Below, in pieces: positions 17,032 to 25,076 of a DNA stretch of 64,000 nucleotides. Origin of the DNA: Betaproteobacteria bacterium CG2_30_68_42 (GTDB taxonomy: Bacteria; Pseudomonadota; Gammaproteobacteria; Burkholderiales; Rhodocyclaceae); contig MNXU01000051.1 in NCBI GenBank assembly GCA_001872285.1, forward strand, positions 107 through 64,106, read 5' to 3'. Under the pieces are notes generated by a model that saw only the letters and a list, made by a program, of their open reading frames with translations, did no database searches and was not told the origin of the DNA. Positions within the stretch are counted from its first letter, which is position 1; every line of letters begins with the position of its first letter. The position numbers and the translations under genes are program-made.

Positions 17032-19574
17032 GTGCACAGGTTCAGGGAATCGGCTGGTGGAAGGCGAGCCGGGCGAAGGGGCTCGAAGCCTTCGGCAAGC
17101 CGGTGGCGATTTCGATCGACGGGCGCGAAGTGCTGGCGCCGGCCGGAGCCTCGGTGCTCAACGCGGCCACGGTGGCCGGGATCTACATCCCTGCGCTGTG
17201 CGCGCACCCCGACCTTCCGCCGGCGGCTGCCCGTGGCGCGGGCGATTCCGGCTGCAACCTGTGCCTGATCGAAGTGGAAGGCGAACCGGGGCTGCGCAAG
17301 GCCTGCGCGACGCCGGTCGCCGCGGGCCTCGCGCTGGTTACGGCCTCGCCCGCGATCGAGGCGGCGCGCAGTGCGAATCTCGCGCGCGTGCTCGGCAGTC
17401 ACCCGCACGTGTGCCTGACCTGCCCGCAGCGCGAGGGGTGCAGCCGCACCCAGTGCTCCTACGGCAACCCGCCCGAGGCCCGCTGCTGCTCCATCTTCAA
17501 CCATTGCGAGCTGCGCAAGATCTCCGACTACATCGGCATCCCGAACAACACGCCCGCCTACAAGCCCGCGCGACTGCCGGCGCACACCGACGATCCGTTC
17601 TTCGATCGCGACTACAACCTGTGCATCGACTGCCGCCGCTGCCTCGCCGCCTGCAACGACATCCGCGGCGTCGGCTGCCTCGAGGTGAAGGAAGTCGACA
17701 CCGCCCAGGGCAGGCGGACCTATGTGGGCACGATCCGGGAGAGCCTCGTCGATTCGGGCTGCAAGTTCTGCCAGGCGTGCGTTACGGTGTGTCCGACCGG
17801 AGCGCTCACCGACCGCACGCTCGATCCGGCGCGGCGCGAACAGTCCATGGTGCCGTGCAGGGCCGCCTGCCCGGCCGGCATCGACGTGCCGCGCTACGTC
17901 CAGCTCGCGGCGCTGGGGCGCTACGGGGAGGCGGTCGCGGTGGTGCGCGAGAAGCTGCCCTTTCCCGGCATCCTCGGGCGCGCCTGCTTCGCGATGTGCG
18001 AGAGCGCGTGCCGGCGCGGCCAGCTCGACGATCCGCTCTCGATCCGAACCCTCAAGCGTGTGGCCGACGACAACGACACCGGAGTGTGGCGGCAGTATTC
18101 GAGGCAGGCGCCGCCCACCGGCAGGAAGGTGGCGGTGATCGGAGCCGGGCCGGCCGGGCTGACCGTCGCCTACTACCTCGCCAAGAAGGGCCACGCGGTG
18201 ACGGTCTTCGATGCGCAGCCGGCTGCGGGCGGCATGGCGCGCTACGGCATTCCCTCCTACCGCGTGCCGATCGAGGTGATCGACCGCGAGGTGGCCGAGG
18301 TCGAGAAGCTCGGCGTGATGTTCCGCTTCGGGACCCGGGTGGAGGGCATCGATGATCTGTTCGCGCAGGGCCACGAGGCGGTATTCATCGGCATCGGCTG
18401 CCAGGGCGGCGACCGGCTCGGGATCCCCGGCGACGATTCTCCGGGGGTCATCGACAGTCCCGCCTATCTGCGTGCGGCGACCATGGGTCTCGTCAACGCA
18501 CCCGGCTCCGGCATCGCCACCGGGGAACGTGTTGCCGTCATCGGCGGCGGCAATGTCGCCACCGACAACGCGCGCTCCTCGCGCAGGGTGGGAGTGCAGG
18601 CGGTCGACATGGTGTATCGGCGCACACGCGACGAGATGCCCGCCCGCGAAGAGGAGGTCGAAGGCTGCATCGACGAGGGCGTCAAGCTCCGCTTCCTGCT
18701 CTCGCCCAAGCGCATCGAGCCGGCCGGCGCGCGTCTGAAGGTCACCTGGGCGAAGATGGAGCTCGGCGAGCCGGATGCCTCGGGCCGGCGGCGTCCGGTC
18801 GAGGTGCCCGGCGCGGAGATTCAGGAGGAGGTCGATCTGGTGATCGCGGCGGTCGGCCAGCACCCGGTGAGGCACGAAGGCTTCGGTGTCGTGACCGACG
18901 CCAGGGGGCGCATCACGGTGCGCGAGGACAGCATGCTCACCAGCCGCCCCGGCGTCTATGCGGGCGGCGACTGCGTGCTCGGCCCGTCCACGCTGATCGA
19001 GTCGGTGGCGCACGGGCGCATCGCCGCGGCCGCGATCGACCGCGAACTGGGCGGCGACGGCGACATCGAGGAGAAGCTCCTACCCGACTGGGACACCGAT
19101 CCGCGGATCGGCCGCGAGGAAGGCTTCAACCGGCGCCGGAAGATCCACCCGATCCTGCTCGCCCCGCAGCGGCGGCAGAACTGGGACGAGGTCGAGCGGG
19201 GATACGACGACGCGTCGGCGCGCGCGGAAGCTTCGCGCTGCCTGAAGTGCAACCTGGCGCCGAAGATCCTCGACGCGCCGCTGCCGCCCGAGTCGTGGCT
19301 CGACTTCGACGCGGATGCGATCGCCGGCGTGCCGGCTGCGCCGGGCGTGTTCCAGCTCCTCGATGCCGACCGGAACGTGCTCATGATCAAGGGCGTGGAG
19401 AACCTGCGCGCCGGCCTCAACGAACAGTTCGGCGGCGGCGGGGCGGCGAGGTTCTTCGTCTTCGAGGAAGCGGCGCTCTACACTTCGCGCGAGAGCCAGT
19501 TGATCCAGGCCTATCTCCAGCAGTACGGAAAGATGCCGGGCGGCGGCGCGGGCGAACTCGACGATCTGTTCTGA
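17028..19574 (+). CDS. bzdV: multidomain iron-sulfur flavoprotein, BzdV-like NADPH:ferredoxin oxidoreductase (NuoG-like 2Fe-2S/4Fe-4S N-terminus + GltD-like core + C-terminal GIY-YIG-like tail)
   Basis: 848 aa with an ATGA overlap onto the PHP gene. N-terminus ISIDGREVLAPAGASVL...HPHVCLTCPQREGC...CIDCRRCLAACN...CKFCQACVTVCPTGA. GltD-like core CRAACPAGIDVP...KVAVIGAGPAGLTVAYYL...GGMARYGIP. Confidence 0.85.
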   Translation: MSAQVQGIGWWKASRAKGLEAFGKPVAISIDGREVLAPAGASVLNAATVAGIYIPALCAHPDLPPAAARGAGDSGCNLCLIEVEGEPGLRKACATPVAAGLALVTASPAIEAARSANLARVLGSHPHVCLTCPQREGCSRTQCSYGNPPEARCCSIFNHCELRKISDYIGIPNNTPAYKPARLPAHTDDPFFDRDYNLCIDCRRCLAACNDIRGVGCLEVKEVDTAQGRRTYVGTIRESLVDSGCKFCQACVTVCPTGALTDRTLDPARREQSMVPCRAACPAGIDVPRYVQLAALGRYGEAVAVVREKLPFPGILGRACFAMCESACRRGQLDDPLSIRTLKRVADDNDTGVWRQYSRQAPPTGRKVAVIGAGPAGLTVAYYLAKKGHAVTVFDAQPAAGGMARYGIPSYRVPIEVIDREVAEVEKLGVMFRFGTRVEGIDDLFAQGHEAVFIGIGCQGGDRLGIPGDDSPGVIDSPAYLRAATMGLVNAPGSGIATGERVAVIGGGNVATDNARSSRRVGVQAVDMVYRRTRDEMPAREEEVEGCIDEGVKLRFLLSPKRIEPAGARLKVTWAKMELGEPDASGRRRPVEVPGAEIQEEVDLVIAAVGQHPVRHEGFGVVTDARGRITVREDSMLTSRPGVYAGGDCVLGPSTLIESVAHGRIAAAAIDRELGGDGDIEEKLLPDWDTDPRIGREEGFNRRRKIHPILLAPQRRQNWDEVERGYDDASARAEASRCLKCNLAPKILDAPLPPESWLDFDADAIAGVPAAPGVFQLLDADRNVLMIKGVENLRAGLNEQFGGGGAARFFVFEEAALYTSRESQLIQAYLQQYGKMPGGGAGELDDLF

Positions 19575-19591
19575 ACTACGAGGGAGGAATC

Positions 19592-20365
19592 GTGGCCGAA
19601 TCCGGAACCGTACGCTATGCGCTGTTCGACGCGCTGGTCACCGTGACCATCGATCGTCCGCCGCACAACGTGCTCGACATCGCGCTGATGCAAGAGCTGA
19701 ACGGGGCGCTGGATCGCGCCTCGCGCGAGAGTACCGCGAAAGTGCTGATGATCACCGCCGCGGGCGGCAAGGTGTTCTCGGCCGGAGTCGACGTGATGGA
19801 TCACACGCCCGACAAGGTGGTGCAGATGATCGAGGTGTTCCACGGCATCCTCAAGCGCCTGATGGTGTTCCCGCTGCCGACGGTGGCCGCGGTCAACGGC
19901 TCGGCCTTCGGCGGCGGCTGCGAGCTTGCGATCGCCTGCGACATGGTGGTGGCGGCGGAGGGCGCGAAGCTGGGCCAGCCCGAGATCAAGCTGGGCGTGT
20001 TCCCGCCGATCGCAGCGATCCTGATGCCCAGGATCCTGCCCCTGCCGCGCGTGATGGAGATGCTGCTCGGCGGCAACCCGATCGGGGCGCGCGAAGCCTT
20101 CGAGCTGGGGATGGTGAACCGCGTGTTCGCGCGCGAAGCCTTCGAGCGCGAGTGCCGCGAATTCGTTGCCCAGTTCCTGTCGCTGAGCCGCGTGGCGCTG
20201 CTCTACACCAAGAAGGCGATCCGCGAAGCCGCGGGCAAGCCCTTCTTCGAGGCGCTGTTCAACGTGGAGCAGATCTACCTCAAGGAACTCATGGCCACCC
20301 ACGACGCGGTCGAGGGACTCAATTCGTTCATGGAAAAACGCAAACCGGTCTGGCTCGACAGGTGA
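19592..20365 (+). CDS. bzdW: cyclohexa-1,5-diene-1-carbonyl-CoA hydratase (crotonase family)
   Basis: SD GGGAGGAA, then GTG at 19592. 257 aa. VFSAGVDV...AAVNGSAFGGGCELAIACDM is an enoyl-CoA hydratase fold in the bzdW position. Confidence 0.85.
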   Translation: MAESGTVRYALFDALVTVTIDRPPHNVLDIALMQELNGALDRASRESTAKVLMITAAGGKVFSAGVDVMDHTPDKVVQMIEVFHGILKRLMVFPLPTVAAVNGSAFGGGCELAIACDMVVAAEGAKLGQPEIKLGVFPPIAAILMPRILPLPRVMEMLLGGNPIGAREAFELGMVNRVFAREAFERECREFVAQFLSLSRVALLYTKKAIREAAGKPFFEALFNVEQIYLKELMATHDAVEGLNSFMEKRKPVWLDR

Positions 20366-20375
20366 CAGACCGTAC

Positions 20376-20402
20376 GGTGCAATGAGCGAAGCGCATTGCA
20401 CC
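20376..20402 (+). repeat. hairpin GGTGCAATG-AGCGAAGCG-CATTGCACC
   Basis: Perfect 9-bp stem whose loop contains GCGAAGC. The 14-mer ATGAGCGAAGCGCA (20382-20395) recurs at 22851-22864 in the next long bzd spacer. Confidence 0.7.
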
Positions 20403-20423
20403 AAGCATGACGGACAGGTATCC

Positions 20424-20514
20424 GGTTTCGGGTTTCGGGTTTCAAGTTGCGCCGCGCCGCCGGTCGCACCCATGCAACCTGGAGCGTGAAACTTGAAACT
20501 TGAAACTTGAAACT
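20424..20514 (+). repeat. heptad-repeat hairpin element B (GGTTTCG x2 + GGTTTCA ... TGAAACT x4)
   Basis: 25 consecutive pairs between 20424-20448 and 20490-20514 if G-U is allowed (5 G-U pairs, all in the plus-strand RNA). The inner GTTGC/GCAAC pair flanks a GC-rich core. Confidence 0.85.
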
Positions 20515-20531
20515 GCTCATCGAGAGGGGAA

Positions 20532-21602
20532 ATGCTGGTGGAATTCATCGATACGTGGCAGATGACGGAGCCGGGGCGGCTCGCGCGGACCCGGGTCCCG
20601 ATGCCGGAACTCGCGCCGGGCGAGGTGGTGGTGGAGATCCGGGGGTGCGGGGTCTGCCACACCGACCTTTCGTATTTCTACCTGGGCGTGCCCACGGTGC
20701 AGAAGCCGCCGCTCTCGCTCGGCCACGAGATCGCGGGCGTGGTGGTCGCGGGGGATGCGGCGCTGGCGGGGCGCGAGGTGATCGTCCCCGCGGTCATCCC
20801 CTGCGGCGAGTGCGAGATCTGCAAGGCGGGGCGCGGCAACCGCTGCCTCGCGCAGAAGATGCCGGGCAATTCCATGGGCATCCATGGCGGGTTTGCGAGC
20901 CACATCGTCGTGCCCGGGAGGTTCCTGTGCGTGGTGGGAGAACGGGGTGCGATCCCGCTCGAGCATCTCGCGGTGGTGGCCGACGCGGTCACCACACCCT
21001 ACCAGGCGGCGGTGCGCGCCGGGCTCGTGCCGGGCGACCGGGTGATCGTGATCGGCGCAGCCGGCGGGGTGGGCTCCTTCATGACCCAGACCGCCAAGGC
21101 GATGGGCGCGCGCGCGGTGATCGGCATCGACCTCAACGAGGCGAAGCTCAAGCGCATGGAGGGCTTCGGCGCCGACTTCACCATCAACCCGAAGGGACTC
21201 TCCACGAAGGACGTGAAGGAAGCGATCAAGGGCTTCTGCAAGGCGCACGGTCTGCCCGCGAACTTCGGCTGGAAGATCTTCGAGGTGACCGGCAGCCGCC
21301 CCGGCCAGGAGCTGGCGCTCGCGCTGCTGTCCTTCCTCGGCACCCTGGTGGTGGTGGGCTACGGCACCGAAGAGACGAGCTACATGCTCTCCAGGCTGAT
21401 GGCCTTCGACGCCCAGATCATCGGCACCTGGGGCTGCACGCCGGACAAGTATGCCGACGTGCTCGCGATGTGTCTGGACGGGCGCATCCGGCTCGAGCCC
21501 TTCGTGGAAGTGCAGCCGATGAGCCGCATCGCGCAGGTGTTCGACGATGCGCATCACGGACGCCTCGATCGGCGCGTGGTGCTGACCCCCGATTTCGACT
21601 GA
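20532..21602 (+). CDS. bzdX: 6-hydroxycyclohex-1-ene-1-carbonyl-CoA dehydrogenase (Zn-dependent MDR alcohol dehydrogenase family)
   Basis: 356 aa. GCGVCHTDLSYFY...GHEIAGVV...VIGAAGGVGSF. In the bzdX/had position. Confidence 0.85.
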   Translation: MLVEFIDTWQMTEPGRLARTRVPMPELAPGEVVVEIRGCGVCHTDLSYFYLGVPTVQKPPLSLGHEIAGVVVAGDAALAGREVIVPAVIPCGECEICKAGRGNRCLAQKMPGNSMGIHGGFASHIVVPGRFLCVVGERGAIPLEHLAVVADAVTTPYQAAVRAGLVPGDRVIVIGAAGGVGSFMTQTAKAMGARAVIGIDLNEAKLKRMEGFGADFTINPKGLSTKDVKEAIKGFCKAHGLPANFGWKIFEVTGSRPGQELALALLSFLGTLVVVGYGTEETSYMLSRLMAFDAQIIGTWGCTPDKYADVLAMCLDGRIRLEPFVEVQPMSRIAQVFDDAHHGRLDRRVVLTPDFD

Positions 21603-21623
21603 ACCCCGACCGGAGAGACGAAC

Positions 21624-22754
21624 ATGGCACTCGAATTCCTGCGCAGGGACGACGCGCTGAAGGACCACCAACTGATCGGCGAGGGCCACTTCGGCACCGA
21701 GGCGCCCTGCGTGATCTACGAGAAACGCCCGGTGCGCGATCCCTCGGGCGGCGCAGTCGAAGGGCTGTACTCGGCCTGGATCACGCTCAACAATCCGGCC
21801 CAGTACAACTCGTACACGACCGAGATGGTGAAGGGCGTGATCGCCGGCTTCCAGGCCGCTTCCTCCGATCGCAGCGTGGTCGCGGCGGTTTTCACCGGCG
21901 CCGGCGACAAGGCCTTCTGCACCGGCGGCAACACCGCGGAGTACGCTGCCTATTACTCGAAGCGGCCGAACGAATACGGCGAGTACATGGATCTGTTCAA
22001 TGCCATGGTGGATGGCATCCTCAACTGCAAGAAGCCGGTACTGTGCCGGGTGAACGGCATGCGGGTCGCAGGCGGCCAAGAGATCGGCATGGCGACCGAC
22101 CTCACCCTCTCCTCCGACCTCGCCATCTACGGCCAGGCCGGCCCGCGGCACGGCAGCGCCCCGGTGGGCGGGTCCACGGACTTCCTGCCGTGGTACCTGT
22201 CGATGGAGGACGCGCTCTACAACTGCGTGTCCTGCGAGATGTGGAGCGCCTACAAGATGAAGGCCAAGGGTGTGGTCACCAGGGTCGTGCCGGTGCTGAA
22301 GAAGGACGGCCGCTGGGTGCGCAATCCGCTGGTGCGCACCGACGCCTGGGTGGAAGACGGCGAGATCGTCTATGGCGAGCCGGTCGCCGCCGAGCGGGCG
22401 AAGGCGGCGAAGGCGCTGATCGCGGAATGCACGACGGATTTCGAACTGCTCGATGCCGAAGTCGATCGCCTGCTGTGGAAATTCACCAACCTCTTTCCCC
22501 ACTGCCTGATGAATTCCATCGACGGCATCCGCGCCAAGAAGAAGTTCTTCTGGGACCAGTCGAAGCTGCCCCAACGCCACTGGCTCGCCGCCAACATGAA
22601 CTTCGAGGCCTGGATGGGCTTCAACGCCTTCGATACCAAGAAGATCACCGGCACGGACACGATCGACTTCGTGAAGTACCGCCAGCTCACCGCGCAGGGG
22701 GCGCTCATCGACGAGGCGTTCGCCGCACGGGTGTTCGGAAGGCCGAAGGGTTGA
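21624..22754 (+). CDS. bzdY: 6-oxocyclohex-1-ene-1-carbonyl-CoA hydrolase (ring-opening; Oah/BamA family)
   Basis: 376 aa of the long crotonase-type. AWITLNNPAQYNSYT...AFCTGGNTAEY...VNGMRVAGGQEIGMATDL...FLPWYLS. Confidence 0.9.
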   Translation: MALEFLRRDDALKDHQLIGEGHFGTEAPCVIYEKRPVRDPSGGAVEGLYSAWITLNNPAQYNSYTTEMVKGVIAGFQAASSDRSVVAAVFTGAGDKAFCTGGNTAEYAAYYSKRPNEYGEYMDLFNAMVDGILNCKKPVLCRVNGMRVAGGQEIGMATDLTLSSDLAIYGQAGPRHGSAPVGGSTDFLPWYLSMEDALYNCVSCEMWSAYKMKAKGVVTRVVPVLKKDGRWVRNPLVRTDAWVEDGEIVYGEPVAAERAKAAKALIAECTTDFELLDAEVDRLLWKFTNLFPHCLMNSIDGIRAKKKFFWDQSKLPQRHWLAANMNFEAWMGFNAFDTKKITGTDTIDFVKYRQLTAQGALIDEAFAARVFGRPKG

Positions 22755-22759
22755 ATTGA

Positions 22760-22868
22760 GTTTCAGGTTCCAGGTTCCAGGTTTCGGGTCGTGCAGGTCG
22801 GGTCGGGCGCGATGCGGAGCCGATCCGGCGGGGCGGTGCTGCACGCTGCGATGAGCGAAGCGCAATCG
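22760..22868 (+). repeat. heptad element D (one-armed): GTTTCAG GTTCCAG GTTCCAG GTTTCGG + CGTGCAG/CTGCACG core + ATGAGCGAAGCGCA hairpin motif
   Basis: Heptads at 22760-22787. A 7-bp inverted repeat (22790-22796 / 22839-22845) flanks a GC-rich core. The shared 14-mer lies at 22851-22864. No inverse heptads follow. Confidence 0.65.
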
Positions 22869-22879
22869 GAGAGACGAGG

Positions 22880-24847
22880 GTGAAGCCAGGCGAAGCGAAG
22901 CTGAAGCACCTGTTCCAGCCGGGGCGGCTCGGCAGGTTCGAGACGAAGAACCGCATCAAGTACGGTGCCTGCTGCGTGTCGAACTACAACACGCGCGACG
23001 GCTTCATCACCGAGCGCGAGCTCGCCCGCATGCGCGTGATCGCTCGCACCGGCTGCGGCATGATCACCAACCAGGGCGCGTATCCCGACCCGCTCGGCGA
23101 GGGCAAGGCGTACTTCCGCCAGGTCGCGATCTACGACGACAAGTTCCTGCCCCAGTTCGAGGAGATCGCCCGCTACATCCACGACGCCGGCGCGGTCGCG
23201 ATCCAGCAGATTCTGCATGCCGGCCGCTACGGCGGCATCGATCTGGGCTACTGCGTCCAGCCCTCGGTGGTGCCCCAGACGCTGCCGCATTTCCGCCCGC
23301 CGCGCGAGATGACGAAGGAGCAGATCCGCGAGTGCGTTCGCCAGCATGCGGAGGCGGCGCGGCGCGCGGTGCACGCCGGCTTCGACGGCACCGAGGTCAC
23401 CAGCTTCATGGGCTACCTGCTGGCGAGCTTCAATTCGCGCTTCACCAACCGGCGCAGCGACGAGTACGGCGGCGGAATCGAGAACCGCGGCCGCTTCATG
23501 CGCGAGCTGATCGACGCGATCAAGCAAGCGACCCCCGACAATCCGCTGGTGGTGCGGCTGAACGGCGCCGAGCTGATGGACCGCTGGGGCGGCAACACCG
23601 AGGACGAATGCTTCGAGCTGATGGGGCAGGCGGTCGCGGCCGGCATCGACATGATCAGCGTCACGGTGGGCTGGCAGGAGGCGCCCGAATCCTCGATCGG
23701 CCGCGACATTCCGCCGGGATACTGGAACCATCTCTCGGAGCGCGCCAAGAAGACCTTCCCGGACACCCTCATCACCTTCGGCAACCGGCTGCCCGACCCG
23801 CGCATGGCGAACGACTGCATCCGCGACGGCGTGTTCGACTTCTGGGAAGTGTGCCGGCCGCTGCTCGCCGACCCCGACCTCGTGCACAAGGCGGCCGAGG
23901 ACCGGCTCGACGAGGTGCGCCGCTGCGTGGGCTCGCTCAACTGTCTCTCGCGCCTGTTCCGCGACCTGCCCTACACCTGCACCATGAATCCCGCGCTCGG
24001 CCACGAGGTCGAGCCCGAATACCACGTCACGCCGGCGGCGGTGAAGAAGAAGGTGATGGTGATCGGCGCCGGGCCGGCCGGAATGGAATGCGCGATCACG
24101 TGCGCGAAGCGCGGCCACCAGGTCACGGTGTTCGAGCGCTCGCAGCGCATCGGCGGGAACCTGCTGGCCTACGCCAACAACGATCTGGCGCGCCCCGACG
24201 ACCTGCTTTCGATCATCTCGCACTACGAGGTGATGGCGGGCAAGCTCGGCGTCGAGATCCGTCTGAACACCGAGGTCCATGCCAAGTTCATGCGCAGCAT
24301 CCTGCACCAGTACGATGCGGCGGTCATCGCGGGCGGGGCGCGCATCGACCACGAGTGCATGCAGGCGGTGGAGGGGCACGAGCGGCTGCTCGATGCGCTC
24401 GATGTGGCGCACGGGCGCGCTGTTCCGGGCAGGCGGGTGGTGGTGATCGGCGCGGGCAAGATCGGACTCACGTTGGCGGAGAAGCTGCGCTCGGGCGGCG
24501 CCGAGGTTACAGTGGTGGAGCGCGAGCGGCGCATCGCGGGAGACGTGAAGCCCTCGTTCAAGTGGCGCCATGCCTCGTGGGTCGAGGAGCTGGGGGTGCG
24601 CTGCCTGACCTCCAGCCGCATCACGCGCATCGCGGCGGAGGGGGCGAGCGTCGTCGATGACAAGGGGGTCGAAACCTTCGTGCCCGCGGACAGCGTCATC
24701 CTCGCCGCGCCGCGCAAGCCCAACCACGAGCTCTTCCACGAATTCGAGTGGATGATCGACGAGCTGCACGGAGCGGGCGATGCGCTCATTCCGCGCGGCC
24801 TGGAACAGGCGATCGCCGACGGCTTCCGGCTCGGAGTGAGGCTGTAA
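22880..24847 (+). CDS. Old-Yellow-Enzyme/2,4-dienoyl-CoA-reductase-family flavoenzyme (FMN TIM barrel + FAD/NAD(P) domain)
   Basis: GTG at 22880. 655 aa. ...QILHAGRYGG...RSDEYGGGIENRGRF... then VMVIGAGPAGMECAI and VVVIGAGKIGLTLA Rossmann motifs. Confidence 0.85.
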   Translation: MKPGEAKLKHLFQPGRLGRFETKNRIKYGACCVSNYNTRDGFITERELARMRVIARTGCGMITNQGAYPDPLGEGKAYFRQVAIYDDKFLPQFEEIARYIHDAGAVAIQQILHAGRYGGIDLGYCVQPSVVPQTLPHFRPPREMTKEQIRECVRQHAEAARRAVHAGFDGTEVTSFMGYLLASFNSRFTNRRSDEYGGGIENRGRFMRELIDAIKQATPDNPLVVRLNGAELMDRWGGNTEDECFELMGQAVAAGIDMISVTVGWQEAPESSIGRDIPPGYWNHLSERAKKTFPDTLITFGNRLPDPRMANDCIRDGVFDFWEVCRPLLADPDLVHKAAEDRLDEVRRCVGSLNCLSRLFRDLPYTCTMNPALGHEVEPEYHVTPAAVKKKVMVIGAGPAGMECAITCAKRGHQVTVFERSQRIGGNLLAYANNDLARPDDLLSIISHYEVMAGKLGVEIRLNTEVHAKFMRSILHQYDAAVIAGGARIDHECMQAVEGHERLLDALDVAHGRAVPGRRVVVIGAGKIGLTLAEKLRSGGAEVTVVERERRIAGDVKPSFKWRHASWVEELGVRCLTSSRITRIAAEGASVVDDKGVETFVPADSVILAAPRKPNHELFHEFEWMIDELHGAGDALIPRGLEQAIADGFRLGVRL

Positions 24848-24862
24848 GCGCGACGATGGGGT

Positions 24863-24890
24863 CAGGTCTTGACATTCATGTCAAGACCTG
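24863..24890 (+). terminator. perfect 13-bp/2-nt-loop palindrome CAGGTCTTGACAT-TC-ATGTCAAGACCTG after the last bzd gene
   Basis: Begins 16 nt after the TAA at 24845-24847. No U-tract follows, so it could be a protein site rather than an intrinsic terminator. Confidence 0.35.
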
Positions 24891-25076
24891 CCGTTCCCGG
24901 TTCGAGAACGCAAGGATCGACGTGACCGCAAACGCCGCGTGGCCGACCCCGAAGCTGCTCCCTGGCCGTTGCGCGATGTCGTGCGCGAAATAGGGGGCAG
25001 CCCACGGTTTCGTGGCGCATGACGCGCCGCTGGCAGGATTCCCATCGAAAAATGCGGTCTGTCCCCGATTTCCCCT

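Noticed and set aside
16989-19013. Very long antisense ORFs opposite well-supported genes. Examples: 16989..19013(-) 674 aa, 20517..22865(-) 782 aa, 22763..24769(-) 668 aa, 40683..43484(-) 933 aa, 43444..45579(-) 711 aa, 53667..56951(-) 1094 aa and 60914..62671(-) 585 aa.
   Set aside because: These are typical high-GC artefacts. They are Arg/Ala/Gly/Pro-rich with no recognisable motifs. In every case the opposite strand encodes a protein with clear family signatures and a sensible start and SD.
16306-22787. Heptad repeat arrays read as a CRISPR array or as coding tandem repeats.
   Set aside because: The period is only 7 nt, with no spacers and no cas genes. The arrays lie between stop and start codons. 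I interpret them as hairpin elements instead.
25040-25070. GAAAAATGCGGTCTGTCCCCGATTTCC read as a REP-like palindrome.
   Set aside because: It is only an imperfect dyad, with several mismatches and a single copy in the window.
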